The notes: a model not told the origin generated them from the sequence alone. A stretch of 64,000 nt of DNA from Lingula anatina (GCA_051362555.1 CM120644.1:14654534-14718533), one strand, 5' to 3'. Shown: positions 1 through 12,621, counted from the first letter of the stretch. Numbers and translations are program-made.

Positions 1-275
1 TCTCTTGATTCTTTGCAAAATATGAGTATATCGGAATTGAAACCAGCGCAGTTTGAGGCCCTGCATCATTATCTACTGAGGGATGATGTTTTTTGCGTGC
101 TGTCCACAGGTTACGGCAAGTCCCTGATATTCAGCCTTATCTTTGATTGGTCCGGATTTGAACAAAGCGCGCTTTGACTCGTTCGCGTTCATTGGCTAAA
201 TCGTTCAATGAGTCAATGAGCGGGCTTTAAATTTGATTGGCGGGCGGCGGAGGCTATCGAATGTGGTCAGAGGTA
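1..275 (+). mobile_element. Relic of a RecQ-helicase-carrying DNA transposon (Academ-like), end fragment
   Basis: From ATG at 22 the frame reads MSISELKPAQFEALHHYLLRDDVFCVLSTGYGKSLIF, a RecQ/SF2 Q-motif plus Walker A (LPTGxGKSL), then degenerates into GATTGG-rich sequence ending CAGAGGTA. Academ assignment is inferred from known RecQ-bearing Academ elements. Confidence 0.5.
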
Positions 276-840
276 ACTTGACACGATGAAGATAGGCTAT
301 AGTGAAGAGGTTAGTGGCAAGTTATCTCTGAAGCTCAGGGTGCATTTCAAGGTCTCACAAAACAAACTCGAAAGGGAACTTACAGACATAGAAAGGACAA
401 AGGAAATAGTAGATGAAAGGCTGTCAAAGATAATGGGAGCAGAAGAAATCTCCCTGGATGAGGAACAGATAGAAGTCAAAAGAGAGATGGCCCCGAAAGC
501 AAAGGAAGAGACACAAAAAGTGAGATATCAATTGTTTCGCCGAAGTAAATTTTACATGGGCTTATGGAAATGAATTATTAACTTTTAAGTTCTATAAGAA
601 TGAAACTTTGTTATGGTGGTTGGGCTTTTTATTTATAAAAGATTTTATAATGTACAAGTTAAGGTTGTCTTTTAATGCCCCCTGTGACTGTTTTAAGAAG
701 AATTAAAATGTTCCTATTTGAATAACATTTCGGTTAACTTTTACTTTTACTTTTAATTACTTTTATGTAAGTTTTTAATCTATCTTTGTAGTATTAGTAT
801 CTACATGTATATGTGAACGTAAACAACACTGAAAATTGCA

Positions 841-851
841 TTATTATTATA

Positions 852-884
<33 letters not shown>
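841..884. repeat. (ATT)n microsatellite
   Basis: Near-pure ATT run. Confidence 0.9.
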
Positions 885-886
<2 letters not shown>

Positions 887-2132
887 AAGAGATACCGATC
901 AAGAATGTAACGTACCAGCAACATTTCGAAATAAATGAGTAACACTATGACACTGCTCTGAATCAAAGTTTCATCTAGGTTTGATGCCATTTCTCAGATT
1001 TGGGCGGATCCAGATATCTTTTCTGACAGTTTTTTCCGAATTATCTTTGTTGATCTATCCTCTATTTGTGACCGTCTTCCAACGAAACAAAATTAGATGC
1101 CCATCAATGTAAACTTATGAATTCTGACCGTTTTCCAGAAGACCCAGAACTGTCCGTTTCACTACGGAGATTAAGAGGTTCACTTCTTCCGGTTACTGAA
1201 ATGTTTTCATTTTTCAGTTTGCTTTAATCAAACACCTATGTATAAAAAGATTGCAATTTCCTTTTTAGGCTAACCTTAACATCGCCAAAGAGCAAGATAA
1301 GTCGAAAATTAAAGAGGAAAGAATTAGATTTGAGGAAGAGTGCCTGAGGAACTTTGAAAACAACCAAAAGGTACATGTATATCGTTTTAGCCCCCCCCCC
1401 CCAAAAAAAAATATTTGTGCAAAAAATCAGATGAAGTTGGTAAAAAGGAGAATATTAAAAACATTATAAATATATTCTTTACTTATATTTATGCTTTTAA
1501 GCAAGTATTAACGGTAAATTTGGGTTGGTTACCCTTCTGCCAGGGCGACAGAATGATTTTTCACAAGATATTCGCGGATATGTCTTTAAGATAAATAGAC
1601 CGTCATTTAATTCTCTGCCATTCTCCGACTTTTTCAAAATTCCCCTATAATACAGTGTATCTGCCACCCTGGTAGAGGTTAGGGTTTGTGGGGGGACAAG
1701 ATAGGTCATCAAAATCTTCCTTTATATGTGTTTTTTCAGAGGAAACATTCCTCACTACTAATTCACAAAAAATAATTTACATACCTTTAATGAGATAATG
1801 CTGTATTTTCAGAAATTCCCCATTCGGCGCGATGTGTTTGAACAAAGCAAGCCCCCCTCTAGATTCAGACGGTGGTGGAATTCTGTCGTAGATGCCGTGA
1901 GATCTTCATTTTATTTCGGTGGACGCAGACGCACCAGGGTTCACCCTTTAGAGTAAATGGATTGTGTACAGACAAATTAACTAAATAATGAATGAAAGCA
2001 ACGGTGTAAATATATATGAAAATAAATATCAAAGTTTTATCATATTTTTTGCTACAACAAGAATCAAAATGGTAAAATAGATAGTATTTCCACAACATTG
2101 GCGATTGAAATCATATAACGACAAGTTCACTA

Positions 2133-3242
2133 CTAAGAAATTATTTTATTTCTAATTTTTAAATAGAGGTAACAACATATCATAATGGCTAAAACGAGGC
2201 ACGTGCTCAGTGAGCCCACCGATATCCATTTAATTGCTTCAGATAACGTGATTGTTTCTCCAAACCCGGGATACCAGGGCCCGTGATAATACTTAATTTT
2301 TCGAAAGTGATACAATTGTTGTCGCGGAAGGAAAATCAGTACCGCTGCACTCTTAATAGGCGCATCACCCCACCTATAATGATAAATTCCACCACTTTCG
2401 TCTATGAATTTCAAAAAACGCGCAACGTCGGGTCTTCGCCAAAAGTCAAACCTCGATACCTCAAAGTTGTTGTAAAATATCCCACCTTCTGGCCAATCAC
2501 TGTATTCTTTGGGTTCAACTGAATTCACTTTTAGATAATGTGTAATATTTTCCTTGAGGTAAGTAAGGCAGAGTGGATTGTCAAAGTAGACAAGGTTATA
2601 TCCGTAGGTGTAATGATTATCCTGCATAAACCTGAATACATCATATGTGATGTAATCCTGAAGTAGCGAATCATCATCAAGTCTGAAGTACCACGTGATG
2701 TTGGCGAGAATCGGTTGCTGAGCAACCAGACGAGCATGGAACCTGCTCATGTGATTGTAACCAGGGAAACGGGACCGATCAGGTTTTGGACACGTGATGT
2801 CCTTGACGGCTTCCTCTGCTGAAACATTCAAGTAGTAGGGCTGGGTGAAGTGGATTTTTTGGAAGAATATTCTTGATGTAGAAATATCTGTTAAATCAGT
2901 CAAATCTCTATCAGTGACGTTTCCTTCATAGAAAACAACCACAGGGTATTGAAATTTTTGATTAAAATACGTATCAAGATGACGAACGGCGACTTTCATT
3001 CTCCAAAAACTCGCCTCATAGGTCAAGAAATATATGACTGCTTTCGGCTTTCCCGTGGGCCAAGTGCTGACCACACGCTGAAACTCCTTCAACTGTTGGT
3101 CATTCCTAAAGTCCCTCAAAACAGATTTTTGCCTCATCTGCGTGCGGACAATTAATGTGACGGTCAGGATGCAAATAACCAGTGCGGTCATCACGAGGAA
3201 AGGGCGTGGCCTTGACCGCCTCAGCAGCAGGGTATTCAACAT
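2133..3242 (-). CDS. Glycosyltransferase family 15 (Kre2/Mnt1/KTR-like alpha-1,2-mannosyltransferase homolog), copy A
   Basis: GT15 motifs YNHMSRF, WYFRLDDDS, YNNFEVS, GGIYHYRWGDAPI, YYH. N-terminal signal anchor FLVMTALVICILTVTLIV. Start taken as Met24 of the 392-aa ORF (3242) because a T-rich tract and ctaacAG acceptor (AG 3254-3253) lie just upstream. Confidence 0.9.
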   Translation of the reverse strand: MLNTLLLRRSRPRPFLVMTALVICILTVTLIVRTQMRQKSVLRDFRNDQQLKEFQRVVSTWPTGKPKAVIYFLTYEASFWRMKVAVRHLDTYFNQKFQYPVVVFYEGNVTDRDLTDLTDISTSRIFFQKIHFTQPYYLNVSAEEAVKDITCPKPDRSRFPGYNHMSRFHARLVAQQPILANITWYFRLDDDSLLQDYITYDVFRFMQDNHYTYGYNLVYFDNPLCLTYLKENITHYLKVNSVEPKEYSDWPEGGIFYNNFEVSRFDFWRRPDVARFLKFIDESGGIYHYRWGDAPIKSAAVLIFLPRQQLYHFRKIKYYHGPWYPGFGETITLSEAIKWISVGSLSTCLVLAIMICCYLYLKIRNKIIS

Positions 3243-3401
3243 CCCCTCATACCTGTTAGGTAACGATAATAAATAAATAAATAAATAAATAATGTTCACA
3301 AAGTTAAACATGAGTAGCTGAGCATTTAATATGTTTTTTCTTTCTAAACTAACAAAACAGTATCGAAACTCCCGAAATTATATATAGACCTAGCACGCAA
3401 C

Positions 3402-3714
3402 GCCTTTATGCCTGACATTATGTGTGTGTGTGCGTGTGAGTGTGTGTGTGCGTAAGTGTTTGCTTGTGTGGAGATGGTCCACGTAGCATGATTACCGTCA
3501 TACTATAACACGCGTGACTTCCAATGCCCCACCTTTTGTAGCGTTTTAAGCGACTGAGAATCCAAAAGGGGGTGAGGCAACTTCTACTTATGCACACAGT
3601 GTTCTTCCTACCGCGGTGACGTACACTGCACTTTGCAGTTATGCCTTCGCCATAAAGGAATTCATTCTTGATAACATGTAAATGCAATATCAGGCCAGAA
3701 TGAGGCATAAAGGC
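3402..3714. mobile_element. Possible MITE bounded by a 12-bp inverted repeat (GCCTTTATGCCT...AGGCATAAAGGC), containing a (GT)n tract
   Basis: Perfect 12-bp inverted repeat at 3402-3413 and 3703-3714; no clear TSD. Confidence 0.3.
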
Positions 3715-5232
3715 TTAATGAGTCTGCAGCTACAAACTGTTCATTCTCATCCTTAAGCTTATTTTTGACAGTCTGTTTTGAGACTTAGCTAGCCAAACGC
3801 ATGGTCAATCACTGGAAGGAAGCTATACCAATGTAAAATTTACCTGAAGGCACTCCGGTTCACCAGAGATACTATATCATCCCTGTCTGCGACAGAAATT
3901 GTGTCACATATATGCGTGACCTCGATTTCGCTATGACCCAGAGGTGTTTATTCAACAAGATCATTCCAGGTGAAAACTTGTATGACGTCATGCAGGTGTG
4001 TCGATTTGTCAACCGCATATTAAAGGTACACTTCATGGGTTGAAAACTCCACAAAATGCTTATTTTTGCCATCCACAGCTTCTTATTAATCATTACAAAC
4101 ACATTAAAAACGATGTAACCCCTTTTAAATATTTTTGTGGAGCGTACTTGATGTTGATATTTACATAGGAGCATAGAAAGGATGGTCGCTGGTTAAATGA
4201 TTGACCGCTTTAAACTAAAAGCCTCATTACCACGGGAAATCCATATTGGGAAAATCCCCACACAGTTGACCTTTAAGTGGTCAAGAAATTCATATACGAG
4301 GTCTTTTTCACAACTAAAAAATTTAAGAAATATTATCATCAGACAGTTATAAAATATTTAGTGAAAAATCGGAAATTTAACAGTTGTACGTTATCCTAAA
4401 AATGACGATCAGAATTAAAGAAGCGGGTTTAAAGAAACTGTAATGTTGTGTATACAGTACGTATACAATGTATATAAGTGCCATTCTTACTATTAAAAAT
4501 ATATGTCATTGTATGTATGTATGTGTGCAGTTACGTGTGTAATTATGTTTGTATGTATGTGAGCGCGTGCGTGTGCATGCAAGTGTATATTTATCAAAGG
4601 AATTTTGTCAGCACTCTGCTACTAGGCACTTATCAAGCTAGAAGAAGAAACTAACTTCACAATGCGAGCCAACAAAGTGAGGTTATTCGAAATTTTATTC
4701 ACCTGTATAAAAATAAACAAGACACAAATTAATAACACTTTATATGCCAAAACAAAACCATTTGATATTTCCATCATTTTTCACAATCTCCAAGGTGATA
4801 TATCTTCCAAATCTGTTAAGTTTACGATTTATATATAAACCCGTTTTAGAGGTATTTCATTTTTTACTGTCCGTGGTGGTATTAACTGAAAAGTTAAAAA
4901 AATAAATTTTGTCAATCGATTTGGGTGTGGTGCACCTTAGTAATTATGAAAAAAAAGGAAAAAAAAAGAACGCAAAGAAAACTGCTAGGAACAGTCATTT
5001 GGTGCTACATGAATCATGCCTTCTACCAGTGTGGCAGATTATATAGGGAAAAACGGAAAAATCCACACGGCTAAATGACTGTCTTTTTATCTAGAGACAT
5101 ATCTGTGAATATCTGAGAAAAATCAATCTGTCGCCCTGGTAGAGGGTACATGTATCATATATATTTTATTAAATCCTAAGTATTTTCGTTTTGGCGCAAT
5201 CGATAGGCTGAGAAAGGAACGCACTGATTGTG

Positions 5233-6378
5233 TTACCGTGAGAATGGTCCTACGAAAACAAAAACAATTAAAACCAACAGCACCATTCCGACTAGAGATA
5301 CCACGGGTATTTCAAAGATATCTGTGCTCAGGAAAGTATCTATCCATGTGTCGTTTTTGACGCCGTGTCGATACCGCAAATCCGAGAAGAAATACGTTTG
5401 GTTTTTGTCAAGAAATATGGTAACTGCGTCTGTTTTGATTGGTGCGTCTCCCCAGCGATCATAATATATACCTCCTTGCCTGTCAATGTACTCTATAAAT
5501 TGCCACACGTCTGGCCGTCGCCAAAATTTTACATTGGAAATCTCAAAGTTGTTCCAAAATATGTCTAGCTTGGGCCAATGATAATAGTGCTTCGGCTCTA
5601 TAGATTGGTTAAATAGGTAATAAGTCACGTTACCTAATAAATGTTCAACACATAAAGGGTCTTCCTCATGGACGGAATTGTAACCATACATGTAACCGCC
5701 GTTCTCCATCGTCTTAAAAACGTCGTAGGAAATATAACGTAAAATCTCGGAGTCGTCGTCAAGTCTCCAATACCACGTGACGTTTGCGAGAAATGGGCTT
5801 TCAAAAACGAGGCGGACGTGGAAGCGACACATGTGATTGTAACCAGGAAACCGAGATTGGTCCAAGGGGTATGGACATGAACTTCTTTTTACCGCAGCCA
5901 GTAAAGGTTCTTTGATAGAATCAGGCTTGGTGAATGTAACTCTTTGGAAGAATAATGGTGAGGGAGACTGTGATAGCAATTTCCATAATGCCTCATCTGA
6001 TAAATATTGCTCATAGAATACGATTACAGGATACATGTATTTTCGGTTGAAATTCTTATTTAAAAGTCTCAACGATCTTTCGAGCCTCCACAAATTATCT
6101 CCGTTGATCAAATAGTATATCACAGCTCTTGGTTTTTCTGGCGACCAATCTCGCATCATCTCGTTGAATAACGCAAGTTCTCCGTCATTGCTAGTTGGCC
6201 TTCGCTCACCCATTGGTGGAAGCTCCAGTTGGAAGGCATGTTGACTACTGGATGTATTGTAAGTGTAAAATAATAATATAAAGGGAATGAGTCCAATGAA
6301 TCCAATTCCAAGGACCTGTTTTGCTGGCGGTGGCAGAATTCCACACATTTGATTCGACGGTAGATGCTGAAATGACAT
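5233..6378 (-). CDS. Glycosyltransferase family 15 homolog, copy B (381 aa)
   Basis: SRFPGYNHMCRF, WYWRLDDDS, WNNFEIS, GGIYYDRWGDAPI, YRHG; clear paralog of copy A. N-terminal TM VLGIGFIGLIPFILLFY and C-terminal hydrophobic segment. Possible acceptor tttgtcAG about 50 nt upstream. Confidence 0.92.
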   Translation of the reverse strand: MSFQHLPSNQMCGILPPPAKQVLGIGFIGLIPFILLFYTYNTSSSQHAFQLELPPMGERRPTSNDGELALFNEMMRDWSPEKPRAVIYYLINGDNLWRLERSLRLLNKNFNRKYMYPVIVFYEQYLSDEALWKLLSQSPSPLFFQRVTFTKPDSIKEPLLAAVKRSSCPYPLDQSRFPGYNHMCRFHVRLVFESPFLANVTWYWRLDDDSEILRYISYDVFKTMENGGYMYGYNSVHEEDPLCVEHLLGNVTYYLFNQSIEPKHYYHWPKLDIFWNNFEISNVKFWRRPDVWQFIEYIDRQGGIYYDRWGDAPIKTDAVTIFLDKNQTYFFSDLRYRHGVKNDTWIDTFLSTDIFEIPVVSLVGMVLLVLIVFVFVGPFSR

Positions 6379-6566
6379 TTTGGAATATTATGTGAATGGT
6401 GTTATCGTGCTGTGAGAACGCGGTTATTCTGACAAATATTAATTGCGAACCCTTTTAGTGCATGAAAGTGTAACAAATTAAGTAACAAGTGTAACAAGTA
6501 GTAAATGTATATTGTAACATGTAAGATGTCCATCTCCATCTTTCTCCTTCACTCTCTCTTTCACTG

Positions 6567-6568
<2 letters not shown>

Positions 6569-6602
<34 letters not shown>
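6569..6602. repeat. (CA)n microsatellite
   Basis: Pure CA run. Confidence 0.9.
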
Positions 6603-6605
<3 letters not shown>

Positions 6606-8044
6606 AGCCAACACAATACTCGTTAAAATGCTGTTAAAGAGACCAGTGCATGACATTTCGTCAAACTCCCTCTCTCCCTCTCTAGCTCTAACTCACTCTC
6701 ACTTACATCTAATCGTCAGATTAGATTTTAAGAATGTCAAAATCTTCACCTAATTAGCTCACATAAAATTAAAATACTGGGCTACATTGCATCAGCAGAT
6801 CTAACGCAATGTGTTGCGCCGAAATAGGTTGTCTGGCGATATGCACGAATAAAAAGCGCTTTTCTTTAGTTTGTTCACCAAAGTTTTATTTCAAATTTTA
6901 ATTAAAAAAATTAATTAGAATTATTCGTAGTGAGGTAGTAAAATCGAGTGGGTGGCATGATATATTGTTACGTTACTGTTAAAAACGACATTATCGATAC
7001 ACACATCATACCTCACAAATGTCTTTTTAACTTCAAAATGTCTTTTTTGCTTTACCTTCGAAAACAATTTTGAACAAACTTTAATTGTTTTTTGGCAGTT
7101 ATCAGTAGAATACATAACTGAGATGTAGCTATTTTGGCAACGTTCATATTTTGGCATGCCGCGTCCTCCCGTCACAAGTCTTTTCTCCCTTGTATTTTCC
7201 TTTAAAATTAGAATGTCTACGTCACCACCCATGTCATTCTACCAGTCATTGACATGCATTATGCACAAAACGTGTATTTGACATTTTTTTTTTTTTTTTG
7301 ATAAGTGGAAACTGTGACATACACTTTATATGAAGTATTACATTCTGTCTTATATACTATTACCCCTCTCCCTTTTCTTCTTCCTCTCTCATGCGTGTAC
7401 ACATATAAGCATACGTGAGGCGTGTGTGGATTTCATTTTGATTTATGTTATCTCCTGAGGTTAGTTAAAAACAACCATTAGGATAGAAGTTGTGAGTGTG
7501 TTGTTAAGCTATATTTATATCCGCATTGTTATATATCATATGAATTCATAATATGATAAGCTTATAATTTATTTATTCAAAATCAAAGCAACCGAAAGCC
7601 TGAAGTTGTACAAATGCAAGAGCGCAAATAAAAAAATGAAAAGAAAGGGTTATGTACAATGATCACAATAAGCACAGGTATTTAAAAAGGGCTGTATAAA
7701 AAGCTAAATAAAGAAAACTGAATAAGATGTGTTTTGAAATCAAACTGTTTAAATTTAGACCTACTGAAGGTAGAGTGGGTGTTATCCCTTAAGTTTTTGT
7801 GGGATTGGGAGATCAAAAAGATTTTAAACCTCTAAAGAGGTAAATGATCACGGTATGGTTGTTCATGTCCGTATACCAACACTTAGAACTGCGGTTATCT
7901 GTTTTATGAATTATTCAAAACTGTTATATTATAGGTTTCTCTGCTGGTGCAATGTAATATAGACTTACTTGCATGCATTTAAGATACAAATCTAGATCAA
8001 ACGACACAGAACCTAAATCATGGGGTCTAATCATTGCCATTTTA

Positions 8045-8300
8045 GGGCTCATTTCTAGTGAAGCTATCGTTCCACGTAGATCGATCCAACTCCGCAGGGA
8101 CCATAGCTGAATGCAGCCAGATTAAGAGATTAACTCGCCGCCTCTTGTTTCCAGCGTACTCATATAATCGCCAGCTTTTCCGTATTCTACTCAACGCCAG
8201 AAGAAGGCGTGTTACTCTGCTAAACTGATTGCCTTCAGCGAGAGTCCTTGCGGAATTGGATCGATCTACGGAGAACGATAGTTTCATTGGAAATGAGCCC
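8045..8300. mobile_element. PIF/Harbinger-type MITE
   Basis: About 90-bp imperfect TIRs GGGCTCATTTC...GAAATGAGCCC; 3-bp TTA TSD at 8042-8044 and 8301-8303. Confidence 0.8.
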
Positions 8301-9849
8301 TTAGTCAAGAACCTGGACAAACATCTTTTGCATCTTCCCTATCTAGCATGGGAGCAAGTAACCAATATGAGCGAGAGACCAATATTAAACTTTATATTAA
8401 ATATTAAACTTTAATACTGACCTACTTAGCACGTAACTACATGTACAATACACACAACAATATAAAGATATATGTGGGGGGGGGGGGGTGAGAAAAATTC
8501 CGTTCAAGATGCCATTGTTATTACAATTATAGACAGAGCAGAGTGCGACATATTCAATACAAAACATTATTTAGAATGACTTTTTCAAATATTGGTGCTT
8601 TTTATCTTTTTATAGATCTTTTTAAAAAAATTAAATTGTCTGAAATACGTAAAATCTTATTCATGGAGTTACATTTAGTCCTGAAACACGTTCTTTATAC
8701 TAAAATATAAGATGGCGAAAATCGTCTTCTGTAATATGACTTGGCAAATATTATTTTTCGCAAGTAGATTTCATGCGAAAATCCTGTATAGCATATCGTA
8801 AGCTTATTTCCTAAGAATAGGAGAGGCAAATGATTATCTTTTAAATTTTGTGATATGCTTTTCTAGTTTTCGCAACTCATTTCCATTCACAATCTCAACG
8901 TAAGATTCGATTTTAAAACTTTCAACCATAAATACTTCACATGCTCGCAGATATTCGGATATAAAACCAGGCTTGCTTGTCACCATAATATCTCTTCTGT
9001 CTCATGAATAATTAACTTATTTCATTAGAATAGGGGAGGCTTATGATTATCTGGGCATCTATTTCATACTTTAATACCTTTAGCTGTCCTTTGTTGTGAA
9101 CAGCAGTTTAGTATTCTAGTAGCTTAATTTGAAGTCAGAGAAAGTAGATTTAGAATTGCATAACGTTGTATTTTAAGAATTTTTAATTGTATAGAACATT
9201 ATGACTATTAAATATAACATTGAAATGTATACTATTGGATGCGGTATTTGAGCAATAAACGTCATCATTATCATAATTACTACATTATCGACTACATAGA
9301 ATAAACAAATTAATTATTTCCTTGTCTTAAATCACCCGTTTTTACCCTTGTTTTTCAACCTCGGTAAAAAATATTTCACATTTTCTTCATACAGCCGATT
9401 TTTTTAAATTTCAAAAATATACAGTATCGAAAACAATATACTAAAACTAAATATCTGATTCAAACATTTTGTGCAACCAATATAACTTCTCATCATCGTG
9501 CAACTCCATTGCAGAGGTTGTAATATTTTTTTTATTGGCCCTGAACCAGTATTCGCGGGTTAGGGAATAATAACTCTATATGAATAAGGGGTGGCCTAAC
9601 CGTTCATTAAACCTAGTGGCTGTCATAATTTGGCCAATTAGGCCTCCCAAGGACGTCATACTAGTAGTACATTAATAAAACGAGTCCACCGGAAAATAGG
9701 GGGCGTATGCTGTTTATGTTTTACACTACATACCGGCACAGACAACTGCACTTTTTATATATGATATTGAGATAGGCCTACCTGGCAATACTGCAATGGC
9801 ATATAGATATGAGATCTTGAATTTGGCTATGATCTTATGACAGGGGGTA

Positions 9850-9850
<1 letters not shown>

Positions 9851-9883
<33 letters not shown>

Positions 9884-9916
9884 ACGTATGTGTGTGTGTG
9901 TGTGTGCGTGTATGTG

Positions 9917-9955
<39 letters not shown>
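9851..9955. repeat. Compound (GT)n(GA)n microsatellite
   Basis: Direct reading; source of several spurious ORFs. Confidence 0.95.
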
Positions 9956-9957
<2 letters not shown>

Positions 9958-11046
9958 CACACCAGCAAAATATGCCGCACCGCAGTCGTACAATAACGGC
10001 CCTGTACGACTGCGGTGTACTGGGTATACCACCTTCCATGTGCTTTGCTACGGGTCATTCAACTGAGACAAGGTGACTGTTTCTTTTTTTTTCTCTAACA
10101 AAATATTTACTTTAATAGGCTTCAGATGATGTAAGACATACACACACTCTTGATCCCTCCACCTAAACATTAAGCAACATGTGCTGTGTTTATAAAAATA
10201 CAAGTACTCCATACAAAAAAGATAATAATAATAATAACGCGGAGTCTTCGGTACACATATTTCTGCATCAGTGCCCGTGGTCAACATGCACGCGGTCTAA
10301 CGTATTGTGATTATAAATTATCTTTCTCCAAACTCAGCGTAACTTAGGCATCACTGCTGCATACGTATCGCAGTAAGTACTGTACTTAGCACAGTGAGGT
10401 GTCGCATCGAGACAACTCTCTCCAAATCACCCCTCCCCCTCTACACACGTAGTACAGAGACTTAATACCGCGGACGGCAACATATATTAGGTAGGGTATT
10501 GTCTCTATCCTTTTTATACATATTTTCTTGGCCACATCCTCTACTTACCCGACAAACCGCCTTGCCTTCATGTATCAGGTTGACAGTGTCAGGTGTTGGA
10601 CGGAATACCACTGCGCATGCGTCACCAAAAAAGGTATATTGATCTTAGCGCACATCTCATGTGATAGGTGTGATGTATATAGCGATGCAGGAAAAACTGG
10701 AGGGCTTACCGTTGAATGCTATATTGTTGACTTGAAAATATGTCAAAACTCCCTCTAGGTATATTCAGTATCGGTTTGTCGATAGTACCGTGTTAATGCT
10801 AGAGGCTATAGCTGAGGCGTATACACTGTACCGAACAGGCACAATTGCGAGATACATGCACGTGCATGGTAGCGGTTTTCTATATAGCCTACTTATATTG
10901 CTCCCCAATCCATGCACGTTAGACTTTAATATAACTAAATTATAATATTTCTATTATTTTTTATGACTAGAATTAAATTCACCATGTTTCCCGTTCCCAC
11001 CCAGCTACATGTAGTAGGTCTATGCCATATTAACTGTTGCCGAGAC

Positions 11047-11295
11047 GACCGTTCACAATGAATTTTGTCGAAATAGCTAATGCACACTAACTTTAGGGGG
11101 ACCCTTGCTGAATGCAATCAGATTAATCAACACGTCTTTTCTTGTTTCCAACGTACTCGTGTAATCACCGCATTTTTATATTCTACTCAACGCTAGGACA
11201 GGTGAGTAAGCTTGTTAATCTGATTGCATTCAGCAAAGAGTCCCCGGGGAGTTAATGCGTGTAAGCTAGATCTAAAAATCGTTGTAAACGGTCCC
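11047..11295. mobile_element. MITE related to the 8045-8300 element
   Basis: Inverted ends GACCGTTCACAATG...CGTTGTAAACGGTC and inner inverted repeat GCTGAATGCAATCAGATTAA...TTAATCTGATTGCATTCAGC. Core CTTGTTTCCA..CGTACTC...TATTCTACTCAACGC is shared with 8045-8300. Confidence 0.65.
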
Positions 11296-11927
11296 AAAGT
11301 TTGAAGAATTTTACTTACCGTGGTAATGGAGATTGAAACTGGTGATTAATTTCCCTAGTAATTTTAATAATTATCTGGACCACCAACCATGTAAACACTT
11401 ACCAGGTCTGTATCGCGAGTGCGACTTGGAGTCTGGAGGGCTTAGTTCCATCGAGGAAAGATCGATATCTGAATAGTACCAGTTTCCCCTCCAATCTGAT
11501 TTATTTTTATATATGTATTTTGTTAAATTCTGTTTAGTATTTTGTGTGTTAATAATATTGCTGATTTATTTCCTCTGATTTATTTCACCATTCTGCTTAG
11601 TAGTTAATCAGCATTATGTTCATTTGTTAAAACTATTCCCTTACTTTCTTTCTTTCTTTTTTCTTTTTTGTTGTTGCTTTTGTATACATATATATTCGTG
11701 TGTATAATTTGTAACTTTCTTGTAATTAACAGAGTGCATATAATGCTTCTATGCGCTATGCCTCCGTTTCTTGTGAATAAACTGTTTTAAAAAAGTTATC
11801 TTACTTCAACCGTTGAGCAGGTAGTATGGCTGTGATATCAACGGCGGCATGGGCGGGAGGGAGGGGCAAGCTGTCTCCTCCAGAAACAGGCATCGCAACA
11901 GGTTATTGCCTTAATTGTTTTATCTTT

Positions 11928-12331
11928 GGCCGCATTCAGAGCAGCGGACTAACTTGTCCACGGGTCAAATATGGCAGACCCACTTGAATACTTCCCCACG
12001 GGGAATCTATTCAGTGTCTATTAGCGGATTAAACAGCGAGCTTTTAACACCCCATTTCCATAGATTTTTAGATCGATCTATCCCTGTGGGGAGTCTCACT
12101 AGATTACTGTCAGCTTGGCCGTCTTAAGCGTCTGTCCCGCCTACTAAAAGCTGTAAGGTGGTAATTAACTATGGTGTCCGCTCGGCTGACTGCAATTTAG
12201 CCTGAACCCCCAGGGAGTTAGGTCGATCTAAAACTTAATCCTTAGATCGATCTAAATCTCTGGGAAAGCACCCTAAGTCGGTGGCCATATTTGGCCCGCG
12301 GACTAGTTAGTCCACTGTTCTGAATGCAGCC
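11928..12331. mobile_element. Harbinger-like MITE with a second MITE nested inside (about 12046-12275)
   Basis: About 55-bp TIRs GGCCGCATTCAGAGCAGCGGACTAAC... / ...GTTAGTCCACTGTTCTGAATGCAGCC flanked by TTT/TTT; the inner segment is homologous to 13026-13243. Confidence 0.65.
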
Positions 12332-12621
12332 TTTAAAACCGCTAGGTCACGCGTCAGTTCTTTTTTTTTTTTTTTTGGCTCCAATCAATACATTTTTCAC
12401 CTAACCTTTGTAAGCAGACAGTTGAATTAAATATATATGCAATTCCTCTGCATATTTGATGAATGCGTTTAACTGTTGGCTGTCATGCAGTGCTTGGTAG
12501 AAGGAAAAAAAACGTTTTTTTCTTCAGCTGCTATTAATTTATTGAAATCGAAATTCGTCCCAAACAAATGACAAGCAACAGAAGATCGAGGTGAACGAAT
12601 TTCTAAACAGATAACATCTTT

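Noticed and set aside
286-573. 95-aa Glu/Lys-rich ORF
   Set aside because: Purine-rich and low complexity, with no motif or splice context; cannot be supported as a gene (may be a TE relic).
3243-3311. Hydrophobic N-terminal 23 aa of the GT15 copy A ORF
   Set aside because: Translates a (TTTA)n intronic tract upstream of the splice acceptor.
9726-10076. Five overlapping ORFs
   Set aside because: Artefacts of the (GT)n(GA)n microsatellite.
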